A stretch of DNA of 64,000 nt from Chitinophagales bacterium (GTDB lineage Bacteria; Bacteroidota; Bacteroidia; Chitinophagales; LD1). The position numbers were made by a program, and so were the translations under genes. Location of the stretch: positions 154,731-218,730 of the forward strand of contig JBGAHI010000004.1 in the NCBI GenBank assembly GCA_044226285.1, read 5' to 3'. Below are positions 9,986-20,776 of this stretch, one piece after another. The stretch's first letter is position 1; each line of letters begins with the position of its first letter. The notes beneath the pieces were generated by a model that searched no databases, was not told the DNA's origin, and saw nothing but the letters and a program-made list of their open reading frames with translations.

Positions 9986-10363
9986 ATGAAAAAGGGAATC
10001 GCAACTATTATTGCATCGTTATTAATATTAACTATTGCATTTGCAAAGCAAGAAACCGCAAAACCGGCTTGTTGTAAGGACAAAACAACTGCTCAATGCC
10101 AAAAAGAACACGGAAAAGATTGCTGTAAAGGCAAACCGGCTGCAGAATGCAAACATTCAGACGGTAAAGCTTGTGCTAAATCTGCCGATGGAAAAGCTTG
10201 TTGCAAAGCAGGCGAGCATGCTTCAGCAGAAGCTAAACCGGCCTGTTGCCAAGGTAAACCGGCTGCAGAATGCAAACACAGCGAAGGAAAAGCTTGTGCT
10301 AAATCTGCAGATGGCAAACCATGTTGCAAAGCAGGCGAACACAAAGAGGAGCCGAAGAAATAA
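9986..10363 (+). CDS. Secreted Cys/Lys/His-rich tandem-repeat protein (possible metal-binding protein)
   Basis: Signal peptide MKKGIATIIASLLILTIAFA, followed by about 104 residues with 15 Cys (five CC pairs) and 5 His. The unit GKPAAECKHS.GKACAKSADGK.CCKAGEH occurs twice with a 126-nt period. Confidence 0.7.
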   Translation: MKKGIATIIASLLILTIAFAKQETAKPACCKDKTTAQCQKEHGKDCCKGKPAAECKHSDGKACAKSADGKACCKAGEHASAEAKPACCQGKPAAECKHSEGKACAKSADGKPCCKAGEHKEEPKK

Positions 10364-10380
10364 CGCATAAATGGACTCAT

Positions 10381-10413
10381 AAAAAAAGGCTGCTCTTTCG
10401 GGCAGCCTTTTTT
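10381..10413. terminator. Bidirectional intrinsic terminator between convergent genes
   Basis: A7, then GGCTGCTC-TTTC-GGGCAGCC (8-bp stem, 4-nt loop), then T6. It sits between the stops at 10363 (+) and 10431 (-). Confidence 0.75.
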
Positions 10414-10430
10414 ATGCCAAAGAATTGAGA

Positions 10431-11393
10431 TTAGCTGATTTCAATTTGGCGAACTACTTTCTGTAAAATTTCAAACACGGTCTCTGCCATTACATTTTCA
10501 GAGTCGAGGGTAGGATTCACCTCGGTAAATTCTAAACAACACACCCGCTCATTCTGCACAAAATCAAGGATAATATCGGCTGCTTCTCGTTCGTTCAAAC
10601 CGCCTTTTACAGGTGTTCCTGTGCCTCTTGAAACAGTTGGGTCTAAGCAATCTACATCAAAGGAAATATAGATTTTATCGCAATGCGACAAGTACTTCAT
10701 CGCCTCACGACAAATTTTCGTAATACCTGTTTTTCGAATTTCGGTGGTTGACAACACTTTCACTTTATTCTTCTTAATTAAATAGGCCTCTTGCTCTTCA
10801 AAATCGCGCAAGGTCATAAACAGCAAATCGCGATATTCTACTTTAGGCGCGATACCACCCACATTTTTAAGCATCTCCCATAAATCGATGGTTTCATAAT
10901 CGAGATCGTTTACTTTGTTCTCGATGTTATCTTCAGCCAACGAAACAGCCAATGGCATACCATGCATATTGCCAGATGGTGTTGTAAAAGGCGTATGCAA
11001 ATCGGCATGTGCATCAATCCAAATTACTCCCACGGTTGAATCGGGGTAAGCCATGCGGATACCTGCTATAGTTCCACCGGCATTAGAATGATCTCCGGAG
11101 AGTACAATTGGAAATTTGCCGTCTTTAAGCACCTCTTTTACACCTGCACCAATGCGTTCGTACATTTTAAGTACACTTTTGATACGTTTTGCGTAACGAT
11201 TCCCCACCTCGCCATAGAGTGCAGCATTATCATCGGGCACCACCATGGCGCGATTGTTTTTGAAAAACTGGGAACGGAAATCGAGTGCTGCAATCTTTAT
11301 TGCATCAACTCCTAAACTTGCTCCTCGTGTACCTGCGCCCACCTCCGATTTAACCTCAATCAGTTTTACTGATTTAGACTTTTTAACCGCCAT
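10431..11393 (-). CDS. Arginase-family ureohydrolase (arginase / formimidoylglutamase-like)
   Basis: Carries the Mn-binding motifs SGDHSNAGG, IWIDAHADLHTP and SFDVDCLDP. Confidence 0.8.
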   Translation of the reverse strand: MAVKKSKSVKLIEVKSEVGAGTRGASLGVDAIKIAALDFRSQFFKNNRAMVVPDDNAALYGEVGNRYAKRIKSVLKMYERIGAGVKEVLKDGKFPIVLSGDHSNAGGTIAGIRMAYPDSTVGVIWIDAHADLHTPFTTPSGNMHGMPLAVSLAEDNIENKVNDLDYETIDLWEMLKNVGGIAPKVEYRDLLFMTLRDFEEQEAYLIKKNKVKVLSTTEIRKTGITKICREAMKYLSHCDKIYISFDVDCLDPTVSRGTGTPVKGGLNEREAADIILDFVQNERVCCLEFTEVNPTLDSENVMAETVFEILQKVVRQIEIS

Positions 11394-11545
11394 AAATTCT
11401 TATTTTTAAACTGCAACAGTTTGATTCACAGATTTTTGAATAAAACAAAACGCTCTAAATTGGGTTGAGCGAAAAATCTGTGGATAACCGAAGTCGTTGT
11501 TTCATTATCTTTAGTAAAAGTAAACTTTTAAAACTAAAAACCTAG

Positions 11546-13102
<1,557 letters not shown>

Positions 13103-13285
13103 TTACTCAATGTATTGTTAATATGAGGATTAGTCCGTTAAAACGGATTGTTTGTGGTATCAAATATGTTCTTAAGTACGTATAAATTAAATATGCGTGA
13201 CAAAAATCCCCTTTGAAATGCAAAAAAAATATGCAATATCGCATATCGTTTAAAAACAAGGCAAACATTGAAAACAGGAGCAATT

Positions 13286-15094
13286 ATGAGAATCGAACCA
13301 AGTTCAGAGATTCTAACCAAAGCAGATCGGCCGGAAGTTCCCGATACTAAATATTTTTTAACGAGAGATGAATTCGATAAAGCCGTTGGAAAAGATTTCA
13401 TTAAACATGCTAATCGCACTTTAGAAAAAGGGCAAATGTTTATGGTGGGGCTTTCGCACGGAAAATCGCCATCGGGTGCCTATCGATACATTTTCGAGCA
13501 TTACAGCGAATTGAAAAATCCGCAAAATATCCGCTATACCTTTGTGAACTCACCTACACTACGCCAACGGGATACAGATGGCGTAATGGATGCCCGAGAG
13601 TTTGTAAAAAAGATGTTCCGTACCGGTTTAGTTACACGAGAGCAAATCATTGGCTATAACTTCAATCGCGAAAGTTTAGAAGCTTATGCAGCTGATTTCA
13701 ATCAGTCGGTATCTAACTTTTTAAAAGAACATGAAAAAGAAGGTTTCGATTATGTGTTTTTAGCCTGTAACCCAAGTGGGCGTGTGGCGGCTATCGATAG
13801 AAACTCTAAGGCCTTCGACTCAACGGATATTGCTGTTATCGTAAATGATAGAAGAGAAAAAGAATTAACCGGAACACCCTATTTCCTTAAGTTATCCAAA
13901 CGTATTGCATTCTTAGCCACAAAGGCAGATAAAAGACGTCCGTTAGCTTGGCTCTATGCCGCAGATGCTAAGAAAAATGAAAGCCCCGGTTTCTTGCGCT
14001 ATGTACCTAACATTCAAAAACGAATGACGGTGTTTATTGACGACACAGCGCTAACTTGGCCTCAAATTGAAGTAGTGCGTGAAACTCCTTATGGGAACTC
14101 TGTAATTCGTGTAGACACTGCTAATCCGTATAATGAAAACGCAAAAGAAAAATTGCCGGTCATTATTCTTATTCACGGCTTTTTAGGCTTGAATTCGTTT
14201 GATGGATTATTGGCTACCATTCCATCCCATTTATACATCGCTGCAGCTATGCATTATGGTTCCATTCCGAACGATTTACCACCCGCTGAATACTCTCATC
14301 ACATTGCACGTAACATTAATGCTGTTGTCGATTTCTTCGGCTCAAAAGGTCATCCCGTATATATCTTCGACCATTCGATGGGCAACATTTATTTTATGAT
14401 GATTGACCGCGAATTGGATAAATATCCTGCGGTTAAAAAATATTTGAAAGGCAGAATTGGTGCTAATCCGTTTTTCGGAGAAGAGTCGAAACACGCTATA
14501 TTAGGCTTTTTAGATAATGTGATTTTGCCTGCCCTTTCGTTTGCAAAAGGTTTAGCGGCTAAGACACTCATTGTTACATTGCGTAAAATGATTCCACTCG
14601 ACACCAAATCGGGTGTACGAAGAAGAGGCATTAATCTTTCGGATTGGTTAATCAGCAAAGAAAGTTCGATGCGCGACCGAATTTGGGGTGCTGCAAAAGA
14701 ACGTATTTTGTATTTGATGACCAATATGGATTCGTTGCCGCATTTGAACCGTATTCCTATTGAGCGTGCCTTGAATCGCTTACCGGCTAAGGTGTTTGCC
14801 ATTCAAACGCATTCGGCATTAGAGCAAAGTATTGCCTTCGACAAACAAATCGGTTTATTGAATATTCCTAAGCGCAATATTCCTGTGTTGATTCTGAAAA
14901 GCGAACGCGATGGTGTTGCCCGATTTGTGCCTCGCATGTATCAAGGTAAAAACGTTGAAGTGATTGATGTAACGAATGAACAAGAACACGATTTGTTCCG
15001 CGAACACTTATACCACATGGTAAATCCGGAACGAACGTCTGAGATTATCGACAACTTTATCCAACGCACACAAAGCCAAGAATCGGAACAATAG
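13286..15094 (+). CDS. Two-domain protein: N-terminal 6-phosphogluconolactonase/glucosamine-6-P isomerase-like domain fused to a C-terminal alpha/beta hydrolase
   Basis: The N-terminal part has MVGLSHGKSPSGAYRYI (like the LsGG.tP motif of the SugarP isomerase/Pgl family). The C-terminal part has LIHGFLGLNSFDG and the nucleophile elbow FDHSMGN. The track ORF starts at a TTG at 13268; the ATG at 13286 is preferred. Confidence 0.6.
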   Translation: MRIEPSSEILTKADRPEVPDTKYFLTRDEFDKAVGKDFIKHANRTLEKGQMFMVGLSHGKSPSGAYRYIFEHYSELKNPQNIRYTFVNSPTLRQRDTDGVMDAREFVKKMFRTGLVTREQIIGYNFNRESLEAYAADFNQSVSNFLKEHEKEGFDYVFLACNPSGRVAAIDRNSKAFDSTDIAVIVNDRREKELTGTPYFLKLSKRIAFLATKADKRRPLAWLYAADAKKNESPGFLRYVPNIQKRMTVFIDDTALTWPQIEVVRETPYGNSVIRVDTANPYNENAKEKLPVIILIHGFLGLNSFDGLLATIPSHLYIAAAMHYGSIPNDLPPAEYSHHIARNINAVVDFFGSKGHPVYIFDHSMGNIYFMMIDRELDKYPAVKKYLKGRIGANPFFGEESKHAILGFLDNVILPALSFAKGLAAKTLIVTLRKMIPLDTKSGVRRRGINLSDWLISKESSMRDRIWGAAKERILYLMTNMDSLPHLNRIPIERALNRLPAKVFAIQTHSALEQSIAFDKQIGLLNIPKRNIPVLILKSERDGVARFVPRMYQGKNVEVIDVTNEQEHDLFREHLYHMVNPERTSEIIDNFIQRTQSQESEQ

Positions 15095-15179
15095 CACCTC
15101 CTATTGCATTGATTTTAGTACTGTTATTTAGTTTTCTGAGGATTATTGGTTAACCTTATTCTAACCAAATCTCCAAATT

Positions 15180-15512
15180 ATGAAATATGTATTGCTCTAT
15201 GCTGCAATCATTGCCAATATATTGACCAACGTAGGATTCAATTTTTCCGCTATTTACGATAAAGAGCCGGTGAAAAAATGGGGTTTTTTAGCCATAGGTT
15301 TAGTGTTTGGATTAATCAATTCAGTATTGTTTACTGAGAGCTTAAAAAGCATACCGCTGCAGGTTGCGAGTGCTATATTTTTCTCAGTAACCATTGTGGG
15401 TTTGTTTTTGGTTTCCTATTTCTATTTCAACGAACACGTAACACCCATGCGTATTGCAGGCGTTTTTGTGATTACCTTAGGCGTAATTATGGTTTCGTTG
15501 GAAAGAGTTTAA
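15180..15512 (+). CDS. Small 4-TM membrane protein, SMR/DMT-like
   Basis: It is 110 aa with four hydrophobic helices, the size and topology of SMR or ArnE/F-type proteins. The conserved TM1 Glu of EmrE is not evident, so the function is uncertain. Confidence 0.45.
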   Translation: MKYVLLYAAIIANILTNVGFNFSAIYDKEPVKKWGFLAIGLVFGLINSVLFTESLKSIPLQVASAIFFSVTIVGLFLVSYFYFNEHVTPMRIAGVFVITLGVIMVSLERV

Positions 15513-15518
15513 AACCAA

Positions 15519-17531
15519 TTACTCTGTTTTGAGAAACGGTTTCACATATTTATTGGTTGCCGTTTCCACTGCAACAGTATAGGCTCCACTTGGCCATCCG
15601 GAAACAAATATTGCCTTGGTATTAGACGAACCAATGAATACTTTTTCTTCATACACCATTTGTCCAAACATATTAGAAACATGAATTGTGGCTTGTTGAT
15701 TTTGGATGGCCGATAAATCGATGTTTAATTTGTCGGATGAAGGATTTGGATAGATTTTCAACGCATCGTTCGCGGCAATTTCTTTTACCCCTGTTGTTGT
15801 AGCGCTATCCACTCCCCAAGCATATTCAATGGTGGTAGTATCGAAATTAATTTTCGAATAATACACATATTGATTCGGTTGAGCTACAGTATCCAAATAC
15901 CAACGTTCTTGGTATGTTGCTTGGTCTACCTTGGCTTGAAACTGGGTAAATGTGCCATACATAGCCGAGTCACCCACAATAATCACCCAAGTTTGGCCTT
16001 TATCCATATAACATGCGGCAACGTTATTGATGCTGTCTAAACAATGTCTGCGAACAGCCACATACTGATTGGCTTGACGACCCAACAACCACATACTGTC
16101 TTGTTTAACTTCATCGAAATCGGCTGTATTAAAATGCAATGCCACCTCCGGATTTTTAGAAGGAAGTATGGGCGATTTAAACTCAGGGCGATACATGAGT
16201 AAAGCTACATTGTGTTTTTGTCCAACGTAAGGAAGATTATCGTTTAAATTAGAAGCCGACCGTGCATCCCAGTTTTGTTTCACTTGGCCACTAGCCGTGA
16301 ACACCGCAGTAGTGCCTATATTGGCAACACAAGGAAATTGCTGATAGCCTAATTTACCTTTCCAAAAATCTTTAACGGACGAAAGTGTTATGGATTTGTG
16401 TTTGAAAATTACGGCATCTTCATTACAAATCACTGTACTTTTTGATGCAACTGTGAGTTGTTGTGCCAATGACGAAATGGTAGAAGAATCGAACTGCGAA
16501 AACGCTGCAAAAGGAGCGAAATCTACATGCTTCCAAAGATTGGAATCGATGAGCAATTGGCCTGTTGTTCCTGCAACACGTGGATCGAAGTATCCACCAA
16601 AGCTCCATTGGAAAATTGTTCTATCTAAATAGGATTGGCCGCTATTCAACACAAAACTAGTGTCGAGGGTATGGCCAATATGGTATGTGATATCCAGTTC
16701 CGATTTCCATGAATCTATAATTGAATCTACAGGGAGTGAAGATGAGGCTAAAAAGCCCCCAGCATGTGAAGCACCTGTTGGGGCTAACCCGAAACCGGTT
16801 AACAAATAGATAAGATTATTATGATTTTGATCGTACGCATTTTCATACTTTCCGAAGTAGTTTCTTCCGGCTGTTGGAAAGAATACACCTTGATCGTTAG
16901 TGATCATTAATAATTCTTTCAGTAAACGTTGAGATGCAAGTGTAGCTAATGCTTTAATTTCTGTGTCTTGTGCAAAATCAGCAAGGTTCAATAATCCGCT
17001 TAAGCAATATGGGGAATAAACAGAGCTAAAAAATTCGTAAAAACCATAGTTAACTTTGAGACGTAAATAGTGTCGCAAACGGTTGTCGAGATTGGCATCA
17101 ATTGCTTTACCATACTTCTCATGCAAAATCCAATCCGATGACATCCATTGAATCATGTGGTTTTCCGACCAATAACCATGCAATGTATCGCCTTTGGTCA
17201 TCCAAAATGGAATGGAATCCAAAGCCGGCAGAATTAAACTATTGTATTGTCCGGAACTTAAACATAAAATACGCACTAGCTGTACAATGTCGAAGTCAAC
17301 TGTGCCTGTTCTTCTGATATCGCTAACCATTTGGTGCAATGTTGCTGAGTCGACAGGAACGCCCATATAGGCTTGAATGGTAATTGTATGCCGTGAAAAA
17401 TTAGACAACGAATGATTAATGTAATCGGTTCTGCGTTGTTCGTAAACGGGATTATTCGCAAAAGATGAAAACGAAAACATTGAAACGAAGAACAATAAGC
17501 CCAATGAGAGCTGTTGGGTAGACATACGCAT
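15519..17531 (-). CDS. Secreted protein with T9SS C-terminal sorting domain; uncharacterised ENH-motif catalytic-looking domain
   Basis: The likely start is MRMSTQQLSLGLLFFVSMFSFSSFA (signal peptide). The C-terminal ~80 aa (LKIYPNPSSDKLNIDL...YTVAVET...KPFLKTE) fits a Por/T9SS type A tail. The core shares YWSENH...GFYEFFSSVYSPY with the lipoprotein at 28141-29784. Confidence 0.7.
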   Translation of the reverse strand: MRMSTQQLSLGLLFFVSMFSFSSFANNPVYEQRRTDYINHSLSNFSRHTITIQAYMGVPVDSATLHQMVSDIRRTGTVDFDIVQLVRILCLSSGQYNSLILPALDSIPFWMTKGDTLHGYWSENHMIQWMSSDWILHEKYGKAIDANLDNRLRHYLRLKVNYGFYEFFSSVYSPYCLSGLLNLADFAQDTEIKALATLASQRLLKELLMITNDQGVFFPTAGRNYFGKYENAYDQNHNNLIYLLTGFGLAPTGASHAGGFLASSSLPVDSIIDSWKSELDITYHIGHTLDTSFVLNSGQSYLDRTIFQWSFGGYFDPRVAGTTGQLLIDSNLWKHVDFAPFAAFSQFDSSTISSLAQQLTVASKSTVICNEDAVIFKHKSITLSSVKDFWKGKLGYQQFPCVANIGTTAVFTASGQVKQNWDARSASNLNDNLPYVGQKHNVALLMYRPEFKSPILPSKNPEVALHFNTADFDEVKQDSMWLLGRQANQYVAVRRHCLDSINNVAACYMDKGQTWVIIVGDSAMYGTFTQFQAKVDQATYQERWYLDTVAQPNQYVYYSKINFDTTTIEYAWGVDSATTTGVKEIAANDALKIYPNPSSDKLNIDLSAIQNQQATIHVSNMFGQMVYEEKVFIGSSNTKAIFVSGWPSGAYTVAVETATNKYVKPFLKTE

Positions 17532-17677
17532 GATAATGGTTGATTTTGAATTCAATATAAATAATAAAAACAATTGGTTTCTCTTATTAGACGACAAAAT
17601 GGTTAACGTCCATTTGTTTCCAATAAAAATTGTAAGTTCGATTTAACACTTTCATTAACGCAACCACAACCATTGGT

Positions 17678-19873
17678 ATGAAACACAAAATTCTTTTTTG
17701 TATTTGCTCCTTTTTATCGTTGATTGCTTTCGGGCAAAAAGACTTTTCACAGTATGTGAATCCATTTATTGGAACTGGCGGACACGGGCATACTTTCCCT
17801 GGGCCAACGGTTCCATTTGGCATGGTGCAATTGAGTCCGGATACACGATTAAAAGGCTGGGATGGTTGCTCAGGATATCATTACTCCGACAAAGTGATTT
17901 ATGGCTTTTCGCATACCCATTTGAGCGGAACCGGTTGTAGCGACTATGGTGATATCTTGTTGATGCCTACTGTTGGTAAACCAAAATTCGGGCATAAAAA
18001 TTATTCTTCTGCCTTCAAAAAAGAAAATGAAAAATCAAGTGCTGGATACTACTCTGTGTTTTTAGAAAAGCCGAAAGTAAAAGTAGAGCTAACCGCCACA
18101 ACTCGAACAGGTTTGCACAGATATACTTTCCCGAAATCTTCATCCGCCAATATCATTCTTGATCTTACACACCGCGATATGGTGAAGCACGGAGAGCTGA
18201 ATATTGTTGGTAATAATGAAATCAATGGTAAACGCATCAGTACGGCTTGGGCTAATAATCAAATGTTGTTTTATGTCATTCAGTTTTCAAAACCCTTTGT
18301 ACGGTCGGGTATTGTAAAGGCCAATGTGGCGAATGAAAGTTTGAAACATGATACCGGTAGTTTACTGAAAGCCTTTGTGAGCTTTAATACAGAAGAAGGT
18401 GAGGTAATTTATGCACGCGTAGGTATATCGGCTGTGAGTATTGAAAATGCAAGGAAAAATCTTGAACAAGAACAGCCTGATTTCAATTTTGAAAAAGTAA
18501 AAAGCAATGCTGTTTATGCATGGAATAATGAGTTAAATAAAATTGACATTGAATCGACTGACGAAGCATCGAAACAAAAATTTTACACAGCATTGTATCA
18601 TTGTATGATTTCACCTAACATGTATATGGATGTAGATGGAAGTTACCGTGGGCGAGACTTTCAGGTGCATCAAACGCCATCGTTCAATTACTACACAGTG
18701 TTTTCGTTGTGGGATACGTATAGAGCACTACATCCATTGCTAACGCTAATTGATAAAGAACGAACCTCGGATTTCATTAACACGTTTATAAAGCAATATG
18801 AAGAAGGTGGCCGGTTGCCGGTTTGGGAGCTTTCGAGTTGTGAAACTGACTGTATGATAGGTTACCATGCCATTCCTGTAATTGCAGAGGCGTTCATGAA
18901 AGATGTAAAAAACTTCAATCAGGAAAAGGCATACGCGGCCATGAAAAATAGTGCCATGGAAGACCGAAACGGTTTGCGCAGCTATAAAGAAAATGGATAT
19001 ATCAAGTTTATGGGTGAAGGACAGAACGTTTCACGCACTTTAGAATATGCTTATGATGATTGGTGTATAGCGATGGTTGCAAAGAAAATGGGTAAAACAG
19101 AAGATTATAATTACTTCATTAAACGAGCATTGAACTATAAAAATTTGTTTGACCCTTCTACCGGTTTTATGCGACCGAAACAAGATGTATTTATGTCGCC
19201 TTTCGACCCCTACCGCGTAGATCACAATTACACTGAAGGAAATGCTTGGCAATATTCGTTTTATGTACCACAAGACTTGAGTGGACAGATGACCTTATTA
19301 GGAGGAAAAGAAAAGTTAGTTGCGTTTTTAGATTCGTTGTTCACCACGTCATCAAAACTTACCGGACACTCACCACCCGACATTACCGGCATGATTGGTC
19401 AGTATGTACATGGGAACGAACCTAGTCATCAAATTGCCTATGAATATAACTATGCAGGTCAACCATGGAAAACACAAGCCATGACGCGTAGAATAATGAA
19501 TGAAATGTATCATGCAGCACCGGATGGTTTAGCCGGCAACGAAGATTGCGGACAAATGAGTGCTTGGTATGTGATGAGCGCATTAGGCTTTTATGCAGTT
19601 TGCCCGGGTGGTAGCCAATATGCCATTGGTTCTCCGATTTTTTCGACTGCTACCATTCGATTGGAAAACCAAAAGCAGTTCACTGTGAAAACGATTGGCA
19701 GTGGGGCTTATATCCAATCGGCACAATTGAATGGGAAGCCATATAATAAAAGTTATCTGGAATATAGTGATATTAATAGTGGGGGAGTAATCGAATTTAC
19801 GATGGGAAGCGAACCCAATAAAAACTGGGGAAGCGGTGTTTCGGAAGTTCCGGTAACAAAAATTGGGGAATGA
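17678..19873 (+). CDS. GH92 family alpha-mannosidase
   Basis: Signal peptide plus FIGTGGHGHTFPGPTVPFGMVQLSPDT and GNEPSHQIAYEYNYAGQPWKTQ, both hallmark GH92 blocks. Confidence 0.9.
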   Translation: MKHKILFCICSFLSLIAFGQKDFSQYVNPFIGTGGHGHTFPGPTVPFGMVQLSPDTRLKGWDGCSGYHYSDKVIYGFSHTHLSGTGCSDYGDILLMPTVGKPKFGHKNYSSAFKKENEKSSAGYYSVFLEKPKVKVELTATTRTGLHRYTFPKSSSANIILDLTHRDMVKHGELNIVGNNEINGKRISTAWANNQMLFYVIQFSKPFVRSGIVKANVANESLKHDTGSLLKAFVSFNTEEGEVIYARVGISAVSIENARKNLEQEQPDFNFEKVKSNAVYAWNNELNKIDIESTDEASKQKFYTALYHCMISPNMYMDVDGSYRGRDFQVHQTPSFNYYTVFSLWDTYRALHPLLTLIDKERTSDFINTFIKQYEEGGRLPVWELSSCETDCMIGYHAIPVIAEAFMKDVKNFNQEKAYAAMKNSAMEDRNGLRSYKENGYIKFMGEGQNVSRTLEYAYDDWCIAMVAKKMGKTEDYNYFIKRALNYKNLFDPSTGFMRPKQDVFMSPFDPYRVDHNYTEGNAWQYSFYVPQDLSGQMTLLGGKEKLVAFLDSLFTTSSKLTGHSPPDITGMIGQYVHGNEPSHQIAYEYNYAGQPWKTQAMTRRIMNEMYHAAPDGLAGNEDCGQMSAWYVMSALGFYAVCPGGSQYAIGSPIFSTATIRLENQKQFTVKTIGSGAYIQSAQLNGKPYNKSYLEYSDINSGGVIEFTMGSEPNKNWGSGVSEVPVTKIGE

Positions 19874-19977
19874 TAAGCCTCGCCTTTACTTAGTCCTGAA
19901 ACAAGTTCTTGCCTTTTAGTTTTTTAGATAAAAAAGATATATTTAATTTATTATATACATTCAACAGTTTAAATAAT

Positions 19978-20190
19978 ATGAAAAACTTAAAATACACCTT
20001 ATCGGTACTTTTATCGTTTGGCCTTTCTGCTTTTGCAGTTGCACAAGGAACATTATCTTCTACTAGTAGTGGTGGTGGCGGTGCCCCAATCGATGGAGGC
20101 ATCACCCTTTTAGTGGGTGGTATTGCCGGCTATGGAGTGAAAAAACTAAGAGACAATCACAAAAAAGTAACTGCACAAAAAGAAGTTTAA
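19978..20190 (+). CDS. 70-aa secreted mini-protein with a PEP-CTERM-like tail (P-I-D, Gly-rich TM, basic cluster)
   Basis: MKNLKYTLSVLLSFGLSAFAVAQ (signal peptide), GTLSSTSSGGGGA, PID, GGITLLVGGIAGYGV (TM), KKLRDNHKK. It lies immediately upstream of an exosortase-family gene. The track ORF begins earlier at 19909. Confidence 0.55.
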   Translation: MKNLKYTLSVLLSFGLSAFAVAQGTLSSTSSGGGGAPIDGGITLLVGGIAGYGVKKLRDNHKKVTAQKEV

Positions 20191-20222
20191 TTCCTTTTAT
20201 TTTTCGCACAATTTAGTTTCAA

Positions 20223-20762
20223 ATGCCTGCAAGAAAACATCTGTTTTCCATTGAGGAATTGTCGTTTTTTTTAAAGGTGTTTTTTGTTTATGGATGCTGG
20301 AAAGCACTACACGCTTACCTTTGGAGAACCACAGAAAGCATGTATGCATGGCAAGCCCAATTGGAAGGTTATGGTGGGCTTTATGCGACTCTTACTTGTA
20401 CTATTCTAAAGCTATTGGGCTTTCCGGCCTATGCCGTTGGCACAACCATTAACATCACTCCACTACACAGCACCTGGGTTGCAGAACATTGTTTAGCGAT
20501 ACCTGCAATGTTTGTTTTCGGATTTTCGATGTTGTTGTTTAAGGGCAAAGCAAAAGATAAAGCTTGGTTTATTCCATTAGGCATATTCGTTATTTTTCTA
20601 CTTAATCTTTTTCGGTTGGTTTCCCTCTCCATATTGATGACTCAATTATCGGAAACCACTTACCAAGTTTACCATCGTTACGTATTCTTAGTCATTACTT
20701 ATGGTGCTATTTTATGGATGGTGTTTTGGTGGATGGACAGAGTAATGAAAGAGGCTGAATAG
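20223..20762 (+). CDS. Exosortase/archaeosortase family protein (short, XrtF-sized)
   Basis: It is 179 aa and polytopic. Candidate catalytic residues appear in family-typical contexts and order: Cys in AEHCLAIPAM, Arg in LLNLFRLVS and His in VYHRYVF. Subtype was not determined. Confidence 0.6.
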   Translation: MPARKHLFSIEELSFFLKVFFVYGCWKALHAYLWRTTESMYAWQAQLEGYGGLYATLTCTILKLLGFPAYAVGTTINITPLHSTWVAEHCLAIPAMFVFGFSMLLFKGKAKDKAWFIPLGIFVIFLLNLFRLVSLSILMTQLSETTYQVYHRYVFLVITYGAILWMVFWWMDRVMKEAE

Positions 20763-20776
20763 GAGCGCCAGAGCAT

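Noticed and set aside
10035-10380. Two 95-111 aa ORFs overlapping the Cys-rich gene in other frames
   Set aside because: The frame at 9986-10363 has a signal peptide, a promoter-like box and a terminator. The others lack start context and are kept open by the internal DNA repeat.
13138-13419. A 93-aa minus-strand ORF across the glpK-downstream spacer
   Set aside because: It overlaps the promoter region and 5' end of the better-supported plus-strand gene at 13286. No motifs are present.
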